From: Ignicoccus hospitalis KIN4/I
GTDB lineage: Archaea > Thermoproteota > Thermoprotei_A > Sulfolobales > Ignicoccaceae
Reading direction: 5' to 3'
Length of the DNA stretch: 32,000 nucleotides
Assembly (NCBI RefSeq): GCF_000017945.1
Contig: NC_009776.1
Span: forward strand, 540,001-572,000
Shown here: positions 24,045 through 32,000 of the stretch, piece by piece
How positions within the stretch are numbered: the first letter of the stretch is position 1
Layout of the letters: every line of letters starts with the position of its first letter
Made by a program: the position numbers and the translations under genes
The notes under the pieces: model-generated
The model's input: the letters and a program-made list of their open reading frames with translations, nothing else
Databases searched by the model: none
What the model was told of the DNA's origin: nothing

Positions 24045-26217
24045 CGAGGCACCCGGCCCTTCCAGACGTCAACAGCTCCTTGAGCTGTTCCACCTCTTCT
24101 CTCCACCCCTTCGCTTGCTCGCCGAGTGTGACGAGGTTGCCCTCCGCGTTCGGCGAGTAGCGGGAGCAGAGCTCCTCGCACCTCTTCACCCACTGAGCGT
24201 AGTCGCCGTAAAACTCGACACGTTTGTAATCATATACTTTAACTCCGACCTTGCCCTCTACGAACACTTCGATCAATTCTTTTTCAACGTCCTTTGGGTT
24301 GAGAGAGGTGTAGACTATATTTGCCAACGCCCGTTCGAACGCTATGGAGGAGGACCACAAGTCCGTGTCGTACAGGCTCGCGTTGTCCGGCGGGACGAAG
24401 ACTGCCGAGCCCTTAAGCGCCTCTCTACCTTCGAAAATCGCTAAAGCGTAATCCACGAAGTGGCAGCCCTCGCCCAAGTACCTCCCGCCCTCCTCCGGCG
24501 AGTAGACCCAGTGGTCCTTGGGCAGCTTCCCGGCCGCCACCCGGTATGAAAGGGTGGCCGCTCGGTCGCCCACGACCTCCTTGATGAGCTGCGTTATGGG
24601 GGAGCACCTCCTGTTGAAGCCCACGACCACTTCTTTCCCACTCTCCTTCACGAGCTCGTTTATCTCTTCCAGCTGCTCCGGGGTAAGCACCGGGGGCTTC
24701 TCGACGTATATCACGGAGGCCTTGGAGTTGAGGAGGGCGTCCTTGAGTATGGGGTAATGTTGGCTGTGGCGGGTAGCTATTATTATTAGGTTTTCCTCCC
24801 TCTCCAAGACGTCCTTATAATTTGTGGTCGAGAACTTGAACCCCTTCTTGAGCAAGTCCTTAGCTTTGAGTGGGTCCGTAACGGCCACGCCGTTGAGTTC
24901 GAACACCTCCTTAACTATCGGATACAACACGTTCGACGCGAAGCTCCCGAAGCCTATGAACGAAGCGGTGGGCTTGGAGCCCTTCTTCACGACTTGTGCC
25001 GGAGCGCCTCCGCTTATCTCGATAAGCGATACTATGCTGCTCTCCTTTAGATACTTTTCATAATCGTAGGAGATGAGCGCGGTCAAGCCGTTTATCTTAC
25101 CTTCTAAGAGGTCTTGGTAGGCCTTGGGGGCCTCTTCTACCGGGTACACCGCGCCGACCACTCCCTCTAGGTCCACGTACCCCTCGGCGAGCAGCCTCAA
25201 GTACTCCTTCATGTTCCTCTCTTCGGTCCAGCGAACGTAGCCTATTGGGTAGTCCACCCCTCCCAGCTCGTATACGGGGTCGTACCTGCCTGGGCCGTAA
25301 GAGACAGATATCCTTATCTCGGCGTCCTTCAAGTACATCCTAGTCCGGTCGAACTGCATCGGGAAGGCGCCCAGCACTACCACCTTACCCCTGTGCCTCA
25401 GCATGTCTAGGGCTAGGTCAATTAGGCCCGGCTTGTCCGAGGAGGCCGCTATTATCACCGCGTCCGCCCCGAAGCCCTCGGTCAATTCCATTACCTTCTC
25501 CACGGGGTTCACCGAGGTGCTGTTGAACGCTAAGACTCCCTTGGACCTCGCCAGCTCCACCCTCTTGTCGTTTATGTCGAAGCCCACTACCTTCAAATTG
25601 TAGGACTTCGCTATCTGCGCGGCCAAGTTTCCTATTAGGCCCAAGCCTATTATGGCGACGGAATCCCCTTGGTGGAGTTCTGCCCTCCTAATCCCCTGGA
25701 GGGCTATCGCCCCTAAGGCCACAGTCGAGGCCTCCTTCAATCCCAAGCCCTCTGGGATCTTGACCGCGAGCCTCCTCGGGGTCGCGTTGAGCTCCGCGTG
25801 GCTGGCGAAGCCCACGCCGGCGATCGCTACGGCGTCGCCCTTATTGACGTCAATTACCCCGCTTCCCTTCCCTATCACGTACCCGCTGGCGCTGTAACCG
25901 CTGAACCTCCCCTTTACCGCTACTTCCTTCGCCTTCTGGTAGTACTTAAGTAACTCCTTTAGGCCCCCTTCGCGTATCTTCTGCAAAGCTAAGCGCGCGT
26001 AGTAGGGGTTCTCGAGGACCATCCTCACAGGCTTGGGCAAGGGGAGCTTGTCAAGCAACCAGCCCTCTTTGACCTTCTTGGCCCTTAAGGAGGCCAGCTC
26101 CGTGCCGGCGCTTATGGCGGAGTACGCGGTAGCGACTAGGACCATGTTGTCCCCGACGCGGGGAGGGGGAACTTCCTCCACCGAAACCTTGGACCCCTTA
26201 ATTACTACCGCCTTCAC
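23989..26217 (-). CDS. Bi-domain oxidoreductase: N-terminal MDR (alcohol-dehydrogenase-like) fused to a C-terminal Gfo/Idh/MocA domain
   Basis: 742 aa with a GTG start. The first half carries AYSAISAGTE...GYSASGYVIGKG and the Rossmann motif VAIIGLGLIG. The second half carries FIGFGSFASNVLYP and EKPP (Gfo/Idh/MocA). Confidence 0.75.
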   Translation of the reverse strand: MKAVVIKGSKVSVEEVPPPRVGDNMVLVATAYSAISAGTELASLRAKKVKEGWLLDKLPLPKPVRMVLENPYYARLALQKIREGGLKELLKYYQKAKEVAVKGRFSGYSASGYVIGKGSGVIDVNKGDAVAIAGVGFASHAELNATPRRLAVKIPEGLGLKEASTVALGAIALQGIRRAELHQGDSVAIIGLGLIGNLAAQIAKSYNLKVVGFDINDKRVELARSKGVLAFNSTSVNPVEKVMELTEGFGADAVIIAASSDKPGLIDLALDMLRHRGKVVVLGAFPMQFDRTRMYLKDAEIRISVSYGPGRYDPVYELGGVDYPIGYVRWTEERNMKEYLRLLAEGYVDLEGVVGAVYPVEEAPKAYQDLLEGKINGLTALISYDYEKYLKESSIVSLIEISGGAPAQVVKKGSKPTASFIGFGSFASNVLYPIVKEVFELNGVAVTDPLKAKDLLKKGFKFSTTNYKDVLEREENLIIIATRHSQHYPILKDALLNSKASVIYVEKPPVLTPEQLEEINELVKESGKEVVVGFNRRCSPITQLIKEVVGDRAATLSYRVAAGKLPKDHWVYSPEEGGRYLGEGCHFVDYALAIFEGREALKGSAVFVPPDNASLYDTDLWSSSIAFERALANIVYTSLNPKDVEKELIEVFVEGKVGVKVYDYKRVEFYGDYAQWVKRCEELCSRYSPNAEGNLVTLGEQAKGWREEVEQLKELLTSGRAGCLATWEKAYRSMKVLFSFYY

Positions 26218-26491
26218 TGCCCTCCACCTTCTCCCACTCCTTCATCAAGCGCTTCAACTCTTCTTCGTACCTCTTCTCCAGCTCGGGGAGGGGCACGGGC
26301 CTCGGCCTCTTGCTGACGGTGAAGAGCGCCCACAAGACTAAGGCCGCGATCGCGGAGTTGACCAGAGTTAAGTAAACTCTCAAGAAGGTTAGGAAAGGCT
26401 CCGGCGGGGTGAGCCACGTCAAGGCTAGCAAGAGCAAGTATATTACGACCGTGGTTGCCATCGCTATTGTCAGCTTGTGAGCCTTCTTCAT
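26198..26491 (-). CDS. Two-TM small membrane protein with a charged C-terminal tail; hypothetical
   Basis: 97 aa. It starts 27 nt after the rSAM stop, and its last 20 nt overlap the oxidoreductase start. It has no Cys, and the tail is ELEKRYEEELKRLMKEWEKVEGSEGGSN. Confidence 0.5.
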   Translation of the reverse strand: MKKAHKLTIAMATTVVIYLLLLALTWLTPPEPFLTFLRVYLTLVNSAIAALVLWALFTVSKRPRPVPLPELEKRYEEELKRLMKEWEKVEGSEGGSN

Positions 26492-26518
26492 GATCTGATT
26501 TGCCCTTCTCGGCGTGCT

Positions 26519-27670
26519 TCAAGCGGCCAAAAACTCTTTTGCAAGAGCTTCGGGCTCTATGAAGCACAAGGGGTCCTCGGCCCACGGGTCGCCGAAGATC
26601 GCGTAAGCCCTACCTCTGCTGCCGCCGCCGCAGATGTCCTTGTAAGGACAGCGCCCGCACTTGCCCTTGAGGTACTGCCCTACGTTTAAGAAGGGTTCGA
26701 GTTGGGGGTTGTCCCTCTTCAGTATTTCCTTCAAGCTCTTCTCCCTGACGTTGCCTAAGGTGACCCAATCTATGAACTGACACGGCTTGACGTCGCCGTT
26801 GGGATAGATGCTGACGCTCTTCCTGCCGCAGTCGCCTTGGGCTTGAAGCATCTTGAGGTACTCCTTGAACTCCTCCTCGTCCTTGGCCAGTTTCCTGGCT
26901 ATGTAAATTCCCATGAAGTTCCCCCTAACTATTAATATTTCAAGCTGGTCCGCGTACTCGCGCGCGAGGTCTATAACCACGTCAGCCATCCACTTGAGCT
27001 GCTCCTTAGTTGGGAGCCAGTCCTTTATCTCTTCGCCCCTCCCGATCGTGTCCAGTAAGTAAAACGACACCCTCTTTATCCCGTTCTCGGCGCTCCACTT
27101 GACTATGTCGGGAACTTCCTTTACGTTGTACCGAGTTATGGTGGTCCTTATTCCCACGTCCAGACCGGCTTCTACGCTGTTCTTTATCCCCTCTAAGGTA
27201 GCCTTGAAAGCCCCGGGGACTCCCCTAAACTTGTCGTGGTAAGCGGGGACTATCGAGTCTATGGAAATGCCGACGTATGAGAAGCCGTAATCCTTCAACC
27301 TTCTGGCTACGTCCTTCGTTATGAGAGTTCCATTGGTGCTTAAGGATAGTTTCGGAAATTGTGCCTTAGCCATCGGTTCGATGATCTCCCAAAAGTCCTT
27401 CCTAACCAAGGGTTCGCCGCCGGAGAGGATAACCAAAGGTATTCTCATTTCAACCATTTCTTCGCTCAAGCGCTTGGCCTCTTCCGTAGTCAGCTCGCTG
27501 GGGTCTTGTTGGGCCTTCGCCCTTATGTAGCAGTGAAGGCAACGTAAGTTACACTGGTAAGTGATGTTCCAGAACACGAGGGGGCGGAAGTAGTCTGTGA
27601 ACCGGGAGGGCTTCTTCCGGTGGTACTCGCCCTTTATCTTCGTAGAGACCGTTCCCCTCCCGACGACCAT
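26519..27670 (-). CDS. Radical SAM enzyme with a C-terminal SPASM/twitch-type auxiliary cluster domain
   Basis: YQCNLRCLHCY provides the CX3CX2C motif, with GGEPL. The C-terminus carries QGDCGRKSVSIYPNGDVKPCQF...GKCGRCPYKDICGGGSRGRAYA. The start is reset to ATG at 27670, with TATA-like TTTTAT (minus strand, 27692-27697) ~24 nt upstream. The track's 27838 start runs into dys. Confidence 0.85.
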   Translation of the reverse strand: MVVGRGTVSTKIKGEYHRKKPSRFTDYFRPLVFWNITYQCNLRCLHCYIRAKAQQDPSELTTEEAKRLSEEMVEMRIPLVILSGGEPLVRKDFWEIIEPMAKAQFPKLSLSTNGTLITKDVARRLKDYGFSYVGISIDSIVPAYHDKFRGVPGAFKATLEGIKNSVEAGLDVGIRTTITRYNVKEVPDIVKWSAENGIKRVSFYLLDTIGRGEEIKDWLPTKEQLKWMADVVIDLAREYADQLEILIVRGNFMGIYIARKLAKDEEEFKEYLKMLQAQGDCGRKSVSIYPNGDVKPCQFIDWVTLGNVREKSLKEILKRDNPQLEPFLNVGQYLKGKCGRCPYKDICGGGSRGRAYAIFGDPWAEDPLCFIEPEALAKEFLAA

Positions 27671-27729
27671 AGTAGTTACCGGTATCAAGTCATAAAACCC
27701 AAGTCCGCCTCGCGCACTGTCGTTTAAAT

Positions 27730-28689
27730 CTACGCCTTTTGTACCTTGGCCAACACGCCGGCCCAAATTATCGGCAAAAGAACGGTGGCGTCCCCGTAAA
27801 CAGTGGCGCTCCTCCCCTCGGGCTTCAGCTTGCCCCAAGTTATGGCCTCTCGGGGGCGCGCGCCGCTCAAGCTCCCGTCGTACTCTTGGGCCGTCGTCAA
27901 GTAGACTGCATAGTCCAGGCCCCCCTTAAACTGGTTCCACCAGATTACATGGTGTTTACTTATTCCCCCTCCCACGACGAGGGCGGCCGACCTCTTGCTG
28001 CTGAAGACCATGTCCGATAGGAGCTTCTCGTCCGCGAGGACGTCCAAGCAGAAGTCCTTCCCTTGTAGCTTGAGCTCCTCTGAGTACGTAAATATTGCCG
28101 TACCGAATGCGCCGTCGGTGATGCCAGGCACTATTACCGGGACCTTACGCTCCCACGCCGCCCTCAGTATGGAGTTCTCGTCCGAGAGCCTCTTTCCTAC
28201 CTCCCATATCAGTTCGTAAGGCGCTACCATAGTCTTTCCCAACTCCCTCAACACGTCCTTCACTAACCTCTCGACGGGGGGTCCGTAGTTCTCAACGGGT
28301 ATGAACACGTTTCCCAAACGGTGAATGTCGGACTTCGCCAACACGACGTCGTCAGCCTCGAAGTAGCCTTTGTAGTACTTATGCCCCAACGACCTGGCCA
28401 CGTCGTGGTCTAGGGTGCCGCAAGTGGTAACGACCACGTCGAAGTAGCCGGAGCGCACCATTTGTGCCAACAGCCCTCTGAGCCCCGTGGCGACCAAGTT
28501 AGCCGTGAACGACAAGAACCTCAAATCGCTATTCCTCAACCCCTCGCTCAACACCTCGACCGCCCTACAGACGTCGGCGGCAGTAAAGCCGTGGACCTTG
28601 CAGTACTTCTCTATCAAGTCCGCTACCGTGTCCCTCTCGCTTACCCTTATGTCCTCAACAGGCTCTTTTATGAAGTCCTCTCTGTTCAA
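27730..28689 (-). CDS. dys: Deoxyhypusine synthase
   Basis: 319 aa with a TTG start. The motifs are FTANLVATGLRG, TTCGTLDHD and VVGGGISKHH. Confidence 0.85.
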   Translation of the reverse strand: MNREDFIKEPVEDIRVSERDTVADLIEKYCKVHGFTAADVCRAVEVLSEGLRNSDLRFLSFTANLVATGLRGLLAQMVRSGYFDVVVTTCGTLDHDVARSLGHKYYKGYFEADDVVLAKSDIHRLGNVFIPVENYGPPVERLVKDVLRELGKTMVAPYELIWEVGKRLSDENSILRAAWERKVPVIVPGITDGAFGTAIFTYSEELKLQGKDFCLDVLADEKLLSDMVFSSKRSAALVVGGGISKHHVIWWNQFKGGLDYAVYLTTAQEYDGSLSGARPREAITWGKLKPEGRSATVYGDATVLLPIIWAGVLAKVQKA

Positions 28690-28721
28690 GAGTCCGCCCT
28701 TTAGGCCCCGCGCTTCGACCG

Positions 28722-28729
28722 CTTTTATG
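28722..28729. promoter_or_regulatory. Single TATA-like box CTTTTATG between divergent dys and folE
   Basis: Its centre lies ~36 nt from both the dys TTG (28689) and the folE ATG (28762). Confidence 0.4.
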
Positions 28730-28761
28730 CTGCCTCGGACAACCCGAAGGGGAGTTAGGCT

Positions 28762-29322
28762 ATGGAAGAGAACGTCTTGGAGGTTGCTATCAAAAAGTTC
28801 TTAGAAGAAATGGGCGAAGACCCCAGCAGGCCGGGCTTGAGCGAAACCCCCGAGAGGTACGTGAGGGCTCTTAGAGAGCTCTTCAAAGGCTTGGAGACCC
28901 CCAAGCCTGAGCTGAAGACCTTCAAGACCGAGTACCTCCTCGGGGAGAACGACCTAATAGTAGTCAAGAACGTGTCTTTCAGCTCCTTGTGCGAACATCA
29001 CTTGCTGCCCATACTGGGCAGAGCTTCCATCGTGTACCACCCCAAGAGGGACGAGGTGATCGGTTTGAGCAAGATACCGAGGATAGTGAAGTGGTTAGCC
29101 AAGAGGCCTATGTTGCAAGAGAGGTTCACGGCCATGATTGCCGACGAGATAATGAAGGCCGGCGCGAGGGGCGTTTACGTCCTAGTTAGGGCGAAGCACT
29201 CTTGCGTAGCGGTTAGGGGGGTGGAGGACCCGGACGTGGAAATGATTACGGAGGCGGTGAGGGGCACTTTGGAGGCGAACCCGAGCTTGTTAGAAAGGGC
29301 AAGAAAACTTGTGTTAGACTAA
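28762..29322 (+). CDS. folE: GTP cyclohydrolase I (FolE type IA)
   Basis: 186 aa with the motifs SLCEHHLLP and RAKHSCVAVRGV. Confidence 0.85.
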   Translation: MEENVLEVAIKKFLEEMGEDPSRPGLSETPERYVRALRELFKGLETPKPELKTFKTEYLLGENDLIVVKNVSFSSLCEHHLLPILGRASIVYHPKRDEVIGLSKIPRIVKWLAKRPMLQERFTAMIADEIMKAGARGVYVLVRAKHSCVAVRGVEDPDVEMITEAVRGTLEANPSLLERARKLVLD

Positions 29323-30240
29323 GGCTAGGTAGGGCCTCTCGTCAGTACTGACTGTCGTTTGCGCAGCCATAGCCTTCCTCACGTGTTTTGGCAGCGAGAA
29401 CATCCCGACGTGCGTAATCCCGTCGTAGTACTTGAGCTCCCCTTCAAGCCTCTCCCGTATGAGGCGGTCGACTGCGTCGGGGCTCAAAGAGCTCGGGTCG
29501 GGGCCCGTGGAGCCCCAGACGAAGCCCCAAGTCGCGTCGAACGCTTGTACGAAGGAGTGGTAGCCTCCCGCCTTCTCGAACACTTCCTTGACGGTTCTAT
29601 ATACTACCGTGAACACGTCCAATGTGTAGGAAGTCGAGGTAGCTTGAGTGACCATTATTCCTTCATCCCTCAAGACCTTCTTCACCAATTCGTAGAACTC
29701 CTTGGTGTAGAGCTTAGCTGCAGGCGCGCCCTCAGTGGGGTCCACGAGGTCTATTATTACGACGTCGTAAGAGTTCTCCGGGGCTTCCTCCAAGAACTTG
29801 CGGCCGTCCTCTATAACGAGCTCTGCCCGAGGGTCGTCGAAGGACCCTCGGTGCCACTCCGGCAAGTACTTTTTACTGACTTTAATTACTTCCTCGTCTA
29901 AGTCAACCATCGTCACCTTCTTTACGCTCTTATGCTTCAAGACCTCCCTCAAGGTGGCCCCCTCGCCACCGCCCAGTATTAGGACCTCCGTGGGGTTGGG
30001 GTGGGCCAACATGACCGGGTGAACTAGCGACTCGTGGTAGATCCACTCGTCGTACTCGCTCGACTGGATCTTCCCGTCTAGTATTAATGCCTTCCCGACG
30101 TTGCAGAGCCTCGCAACGACTATCTCTTGGTACTTGCTCTTGCCTACGTACAAAGTCTCCAAGAGGCCGTGGGCGTGCATGGAACACGGCGTTTGGACCT
30201 CTAAGAACCAATTAAAGGTCTTCAAGGGAACTCTGTGCAC
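29314..30240 (-). CDS. speE: Polyamine aminopropyltransferase (spermidine synthase family)
   Basis: 308 aa with a GTG start. The motifs are NWFLE, YQEIVV, LILDGKIQSSEYDEWIYHESLVHP, ILGGGEGATLREV and VDLDEEV. Confidence 0.85.
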   Translation of the reverse strand: MHRVPLKTFNWFLEVQTPCSMHAHGLLETLYVGKSKYQEIVVARLCNVGKALILDGKIQSSEYDEWIYHESLVHPVMLAHPNPTEVLILGGGEGATLREVLKHKSVKKVTMVDLDEEVIKVSKKYLPEWHRGSFDDPRAELVIEDGRKFLEEAPENSYDVVIIDLVDPTEGAPAAKLYTKEFYELVKKVLRDEGIMVTQATSTSYTLDVFTVVYRTVKEVFEKAGGYHSFVQAFDATWGFVWGSTGPDPSSLSPDAVDRLIRERLEGELKYYDGITHVGMFSLPKHVRKAMAAQTTVSTDERPYLALV

Positions 30241-30263
30241 CCTTTTTCACCTCCCTAAGTCTT

Positions 30264-31226
30264 TTGAAAGCTCCGGAAGTTATCTGGGCTTTGGTGATAG
30301 AGATGCTAGAGGAAGTGCCGGTCCACGACCCTGAGGAGCTGAAGAACTTCGTGAGCGCGCTGACTTGTGAAGAAATAAAGGAGTTACTCGAAGAGGCCGA
30401 GAGGTACTTCGGACGCGAGGTCGAAATTATGGACTCCGTAGGGGGCGTGCTCTTCCACGGAGACATACACGGAGACGTAGACACCTTGTACAAGATATGG
30501 GAGCAAGTAGGCATAGAAAAAGTCTTGGACAAGTTCAAGCTGGTCTTCTTAGGAGACTACGTCGACAGGGGGGAGTACCAGCTGGAGGCTTTAACCTTGG
30601 TCTTGGCTTTAAAGGCAATGAGGCCCGAAGAAGTAGTGGTGCTAAGGGGGAACCACGAGCCGCCGGAGTGGCTGCCGCCGTCCCCCCACGACTTCCCGGA
30701 CGTGCTGGTCTCCAAGTGTGGTCCGAGCAAGGGAAGCGAAATATATAAGGTAGCCTTACAGCTCTTCGACTCCATGCCGGCGCTGGCGCTAATAGACGAC
30801 GTAGTCGCCCTCCACGGAGGGCCCCCTGTCTCAAAGGTAATGGAAGGGTGTGAGGGCGAGGATTGCCTTAAGGAGTTGGACCGCAAGAGCTTGGAGGAGG
30901 TGTTGTGGAGCGACCCGGACGAACTGATGGGCGGCAAGCTCTGCTCGTGGGAGGACCCCCCGAAGCTCTGCGTGGGGAGCAACCCGCGCGGCGCCGGGGT
31001 CGTCTGGGGCGCGGGGTTGACCAGAGAGTTCCTAGAGAGGCTCGGCTCGAAGTACATAGTAAGGGGCCACACCGCGGTGGACGGCTTTGCGCTCTCCCAC
31101 AACAATAGAGTGTACACGTTGTTCACGAGGTCCGGGCCTCCCTATTACAACGCGAACGCCGCGGCGTTACTATTAAAGAGAAATAGCTTCAACGTCATAG
31201 TGGTCCCGGCGTTGCCGATTCTTTGA
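30264..31226 (+). CDS. PPP-family Ser/Thr protein phosphatase (PP1-arch type metallophosphoesterase)
   Basis: The motifs are GDIHGD, GDYVDRG and LRGNHE. The start is ambiguous between TTG at 30264 and ATG at 30303. Confidence 0.8.
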   Translation: MKAPEVIWALVIEMLEEVPVHDPEELKNFVSALTCEEIKELLEEAERYFGREVEIMDSVGGVLFHGDIHGDVDTLYKIWEQVGIEKVLDKFKLVFLGDYVDRGEYQLEALTLVLALKAMRPEEVVVLRGNHEPPEWLPPSPHDFPDVLVSKCGPSKGSEIYKVALQLFDSMPALALIDDVVALHGGPPVSKVMEGCEGEDCLKELDRKSLEEVLWSDPDELMGGKLCSWEDPPKLCVGSNPRGAGVVWGAGLTREFLERLGSKYIVRGHTAVDGFALSHNNRVYTLFTRSGPPYYNANAAALLLKRNSFNVIVVPALPIL

Positions 31227-31255
31227 TGAATTGAGCAAAAGAATCCTCAGCATAC

Positions 31256-31263
31256 TATATAAT
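31256..31263 (+). promoter_or_regulatory. TATA box TATATAAT upstream of argG
   Basis: It lies ~37 nt upstream of the GTG at 31297. Confidence 0.45.
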
Positions 31264-31296
31264 CTGCACTAGAAGGTCCTTTATGGGCGCGCGGCT

Positions 31297-32000
31297 GTGA
31301 AGGGAGAAGTGTCTAAGATCGTTCTAGCCTACTCGGGAGGGCTGGACACGTCGGTTGCAGTGGCGTGGCTGAAGGAGAAGTTCGGGGCGGAAGTAATAAC
31401 TGTGACGGTAGATGTCGGACAAAAGGAAGATTTCAAGGAGATAGAGGAGAGGGCTTACAAGGCTGGCGCATCCAAGCATTACCTAATTGATGCTAAAGAA
31501 GAGTTCGTAAACAAGTACATAAAGCCAGCAATAATAGCGAACGCACTCTACGAGGAAGTCTACCCCTTAGGCACCGCGCTCGCCAGGCCCCTCATAGGGG
31601 AGAAGGTAATAGAAGTAGCCAGAAAGGAAGGGGCGGACGCGGTGGCTCACGGGGCCACGAGCAAGGGCAACGACCAAGTGCGGTTTGAAGCGGCCTTCAA
31701 GGCCTTAGCCCCAGAAATAAAGATAATAGCTCCTATAAGGATGTGGGGGATGAACAGAAAGGAAGAATACGAGTTCGCTAAGAAGAAGGGTATCCCGATA
31801 AGTGCTGAGTCCAAGAAATATAGCATAGACGAGAACTTGTGGTCTAGAAGCATAGAGGGTGGCGAGCTGGAGGACCCTTGGCAAGAGCCGCCGGAGGAGG
31901 CCTTCGAGTGGACCGTCCCTCCGGAGAAGGCGCCAGAGGAGCCCGCGTACTTAACGATCACCTTTGAGAAGGGTGTCCCGGTGGCCCTAAACGGCAAGAG
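31297..32000 (+). CDS. argG: Argininosuccinate synthase, 5' part (runs off the window)
   Basis: This gene is not in the ORF track because no stop falls in the window. My own translation gives [42 protein letters not shown]...[15 protein letters not shown]. The alternative start is GTG at 31309. Confidence 0.9.
   Translation, partial: MKGEVSKIVLAYSGGLDTSVAVAWLKEKFGAEVITVTVDVGQKEDFKEIEERAYKAGASKHYLIDAKEEFVNKYIKPAIIANALYEEVYPLGTALARPLIGEKVIEVARKEGADAVAHGATSKGNDQVRFEAAFKALAPEIKIIAPIRMWGMNRKEEYEFAKKKGIPISAESKKYSIDENLWSRSIEGGELEDPWQEPPEEAFEWTVPPEKAPEEPAYLTITFEKGVPVALNGK

Noticed and set aside
27671-27838. The N-terminal 56 codons of the track's 439-aa radical-SAM ORF
   Set aside because: They overlap the 3' end of dys with an Arg/Gly-rich sequence. 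There is no valid start codon between the track start and ATG 27670, and a TATA-like box fits the ATG at 27670.
30557-31126. Long antisense ORFs inside well-supported genes, for example 30557-31126(-), 6303-6809(+), 13354-13863(-), 31647-31997(-), 14194-14667(+) and 19239-19673(-)
   Set aside because: These are shadow frames of high-GC coding regions. They have Ser/Arg/Pro/Gly-rich or low-complexity translations, and each is fully overlapped by a gene with clear family motifs.

Overview
This is a gene-dense chromosomal segment that reads as a hyperthermophilic crenarchaeon; I cannot determine the order or genus by eye. Supporting evidence includes eL38, PCNA, proteasome beta, NAC, an aCPSF2-type beta-CASP RNase, LysZ-type kinase and deoxyhypusine synthase. 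Proteins are Lys/Glu/Val-rich, many starts are GTG or TTG, several gene pairs show 4-nt start/stop overlaps, and TATA-like boxes sit about 25-40 nt from start codons. I can support about 38 protein genes, one tRNA-Lys(CUU) and one CRISPR array. The tRNA carries a ~32-nt intron outside the canonical 37/38 site. The CRISPR array (17086-17649, + strand) has 9 repeats and 8 spacers, polymorphic repeats ending in GAAAG, and no cas gene anywhere in the 32 kb. The only long non-coding stretch (16362-17085) holds a GC-rich, stem-forming ~140-nt segment closed by a T6 run, followed by the AT-rich putative CRISPR leader. Right of the tRNA lies a ~10 kb glycan or cell-envelope island. It contains a translationally coupled wecC-wecB-TIGR04076-like-membrane protein-GT operon, a second GT and a sequon-rich C-terminally anchored exoprotein. 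It ends with a tight minus-strand operon of radical-SAM/SPASM enzyme, 97-aa two-TM protein and 742-aa bi-domain (MDR + Gfo/Idh/MocA) oxidoreductase. That three-gene operon is my best candidate for an uncharacterised system. Polyamine and hypusine genes (speH, speE, dys) and several orphan pathway genes (atpI, ilvC, lysZ, argG) are scattered through the window. All calls come from reading the translations and sequence by eye; no searches were run.
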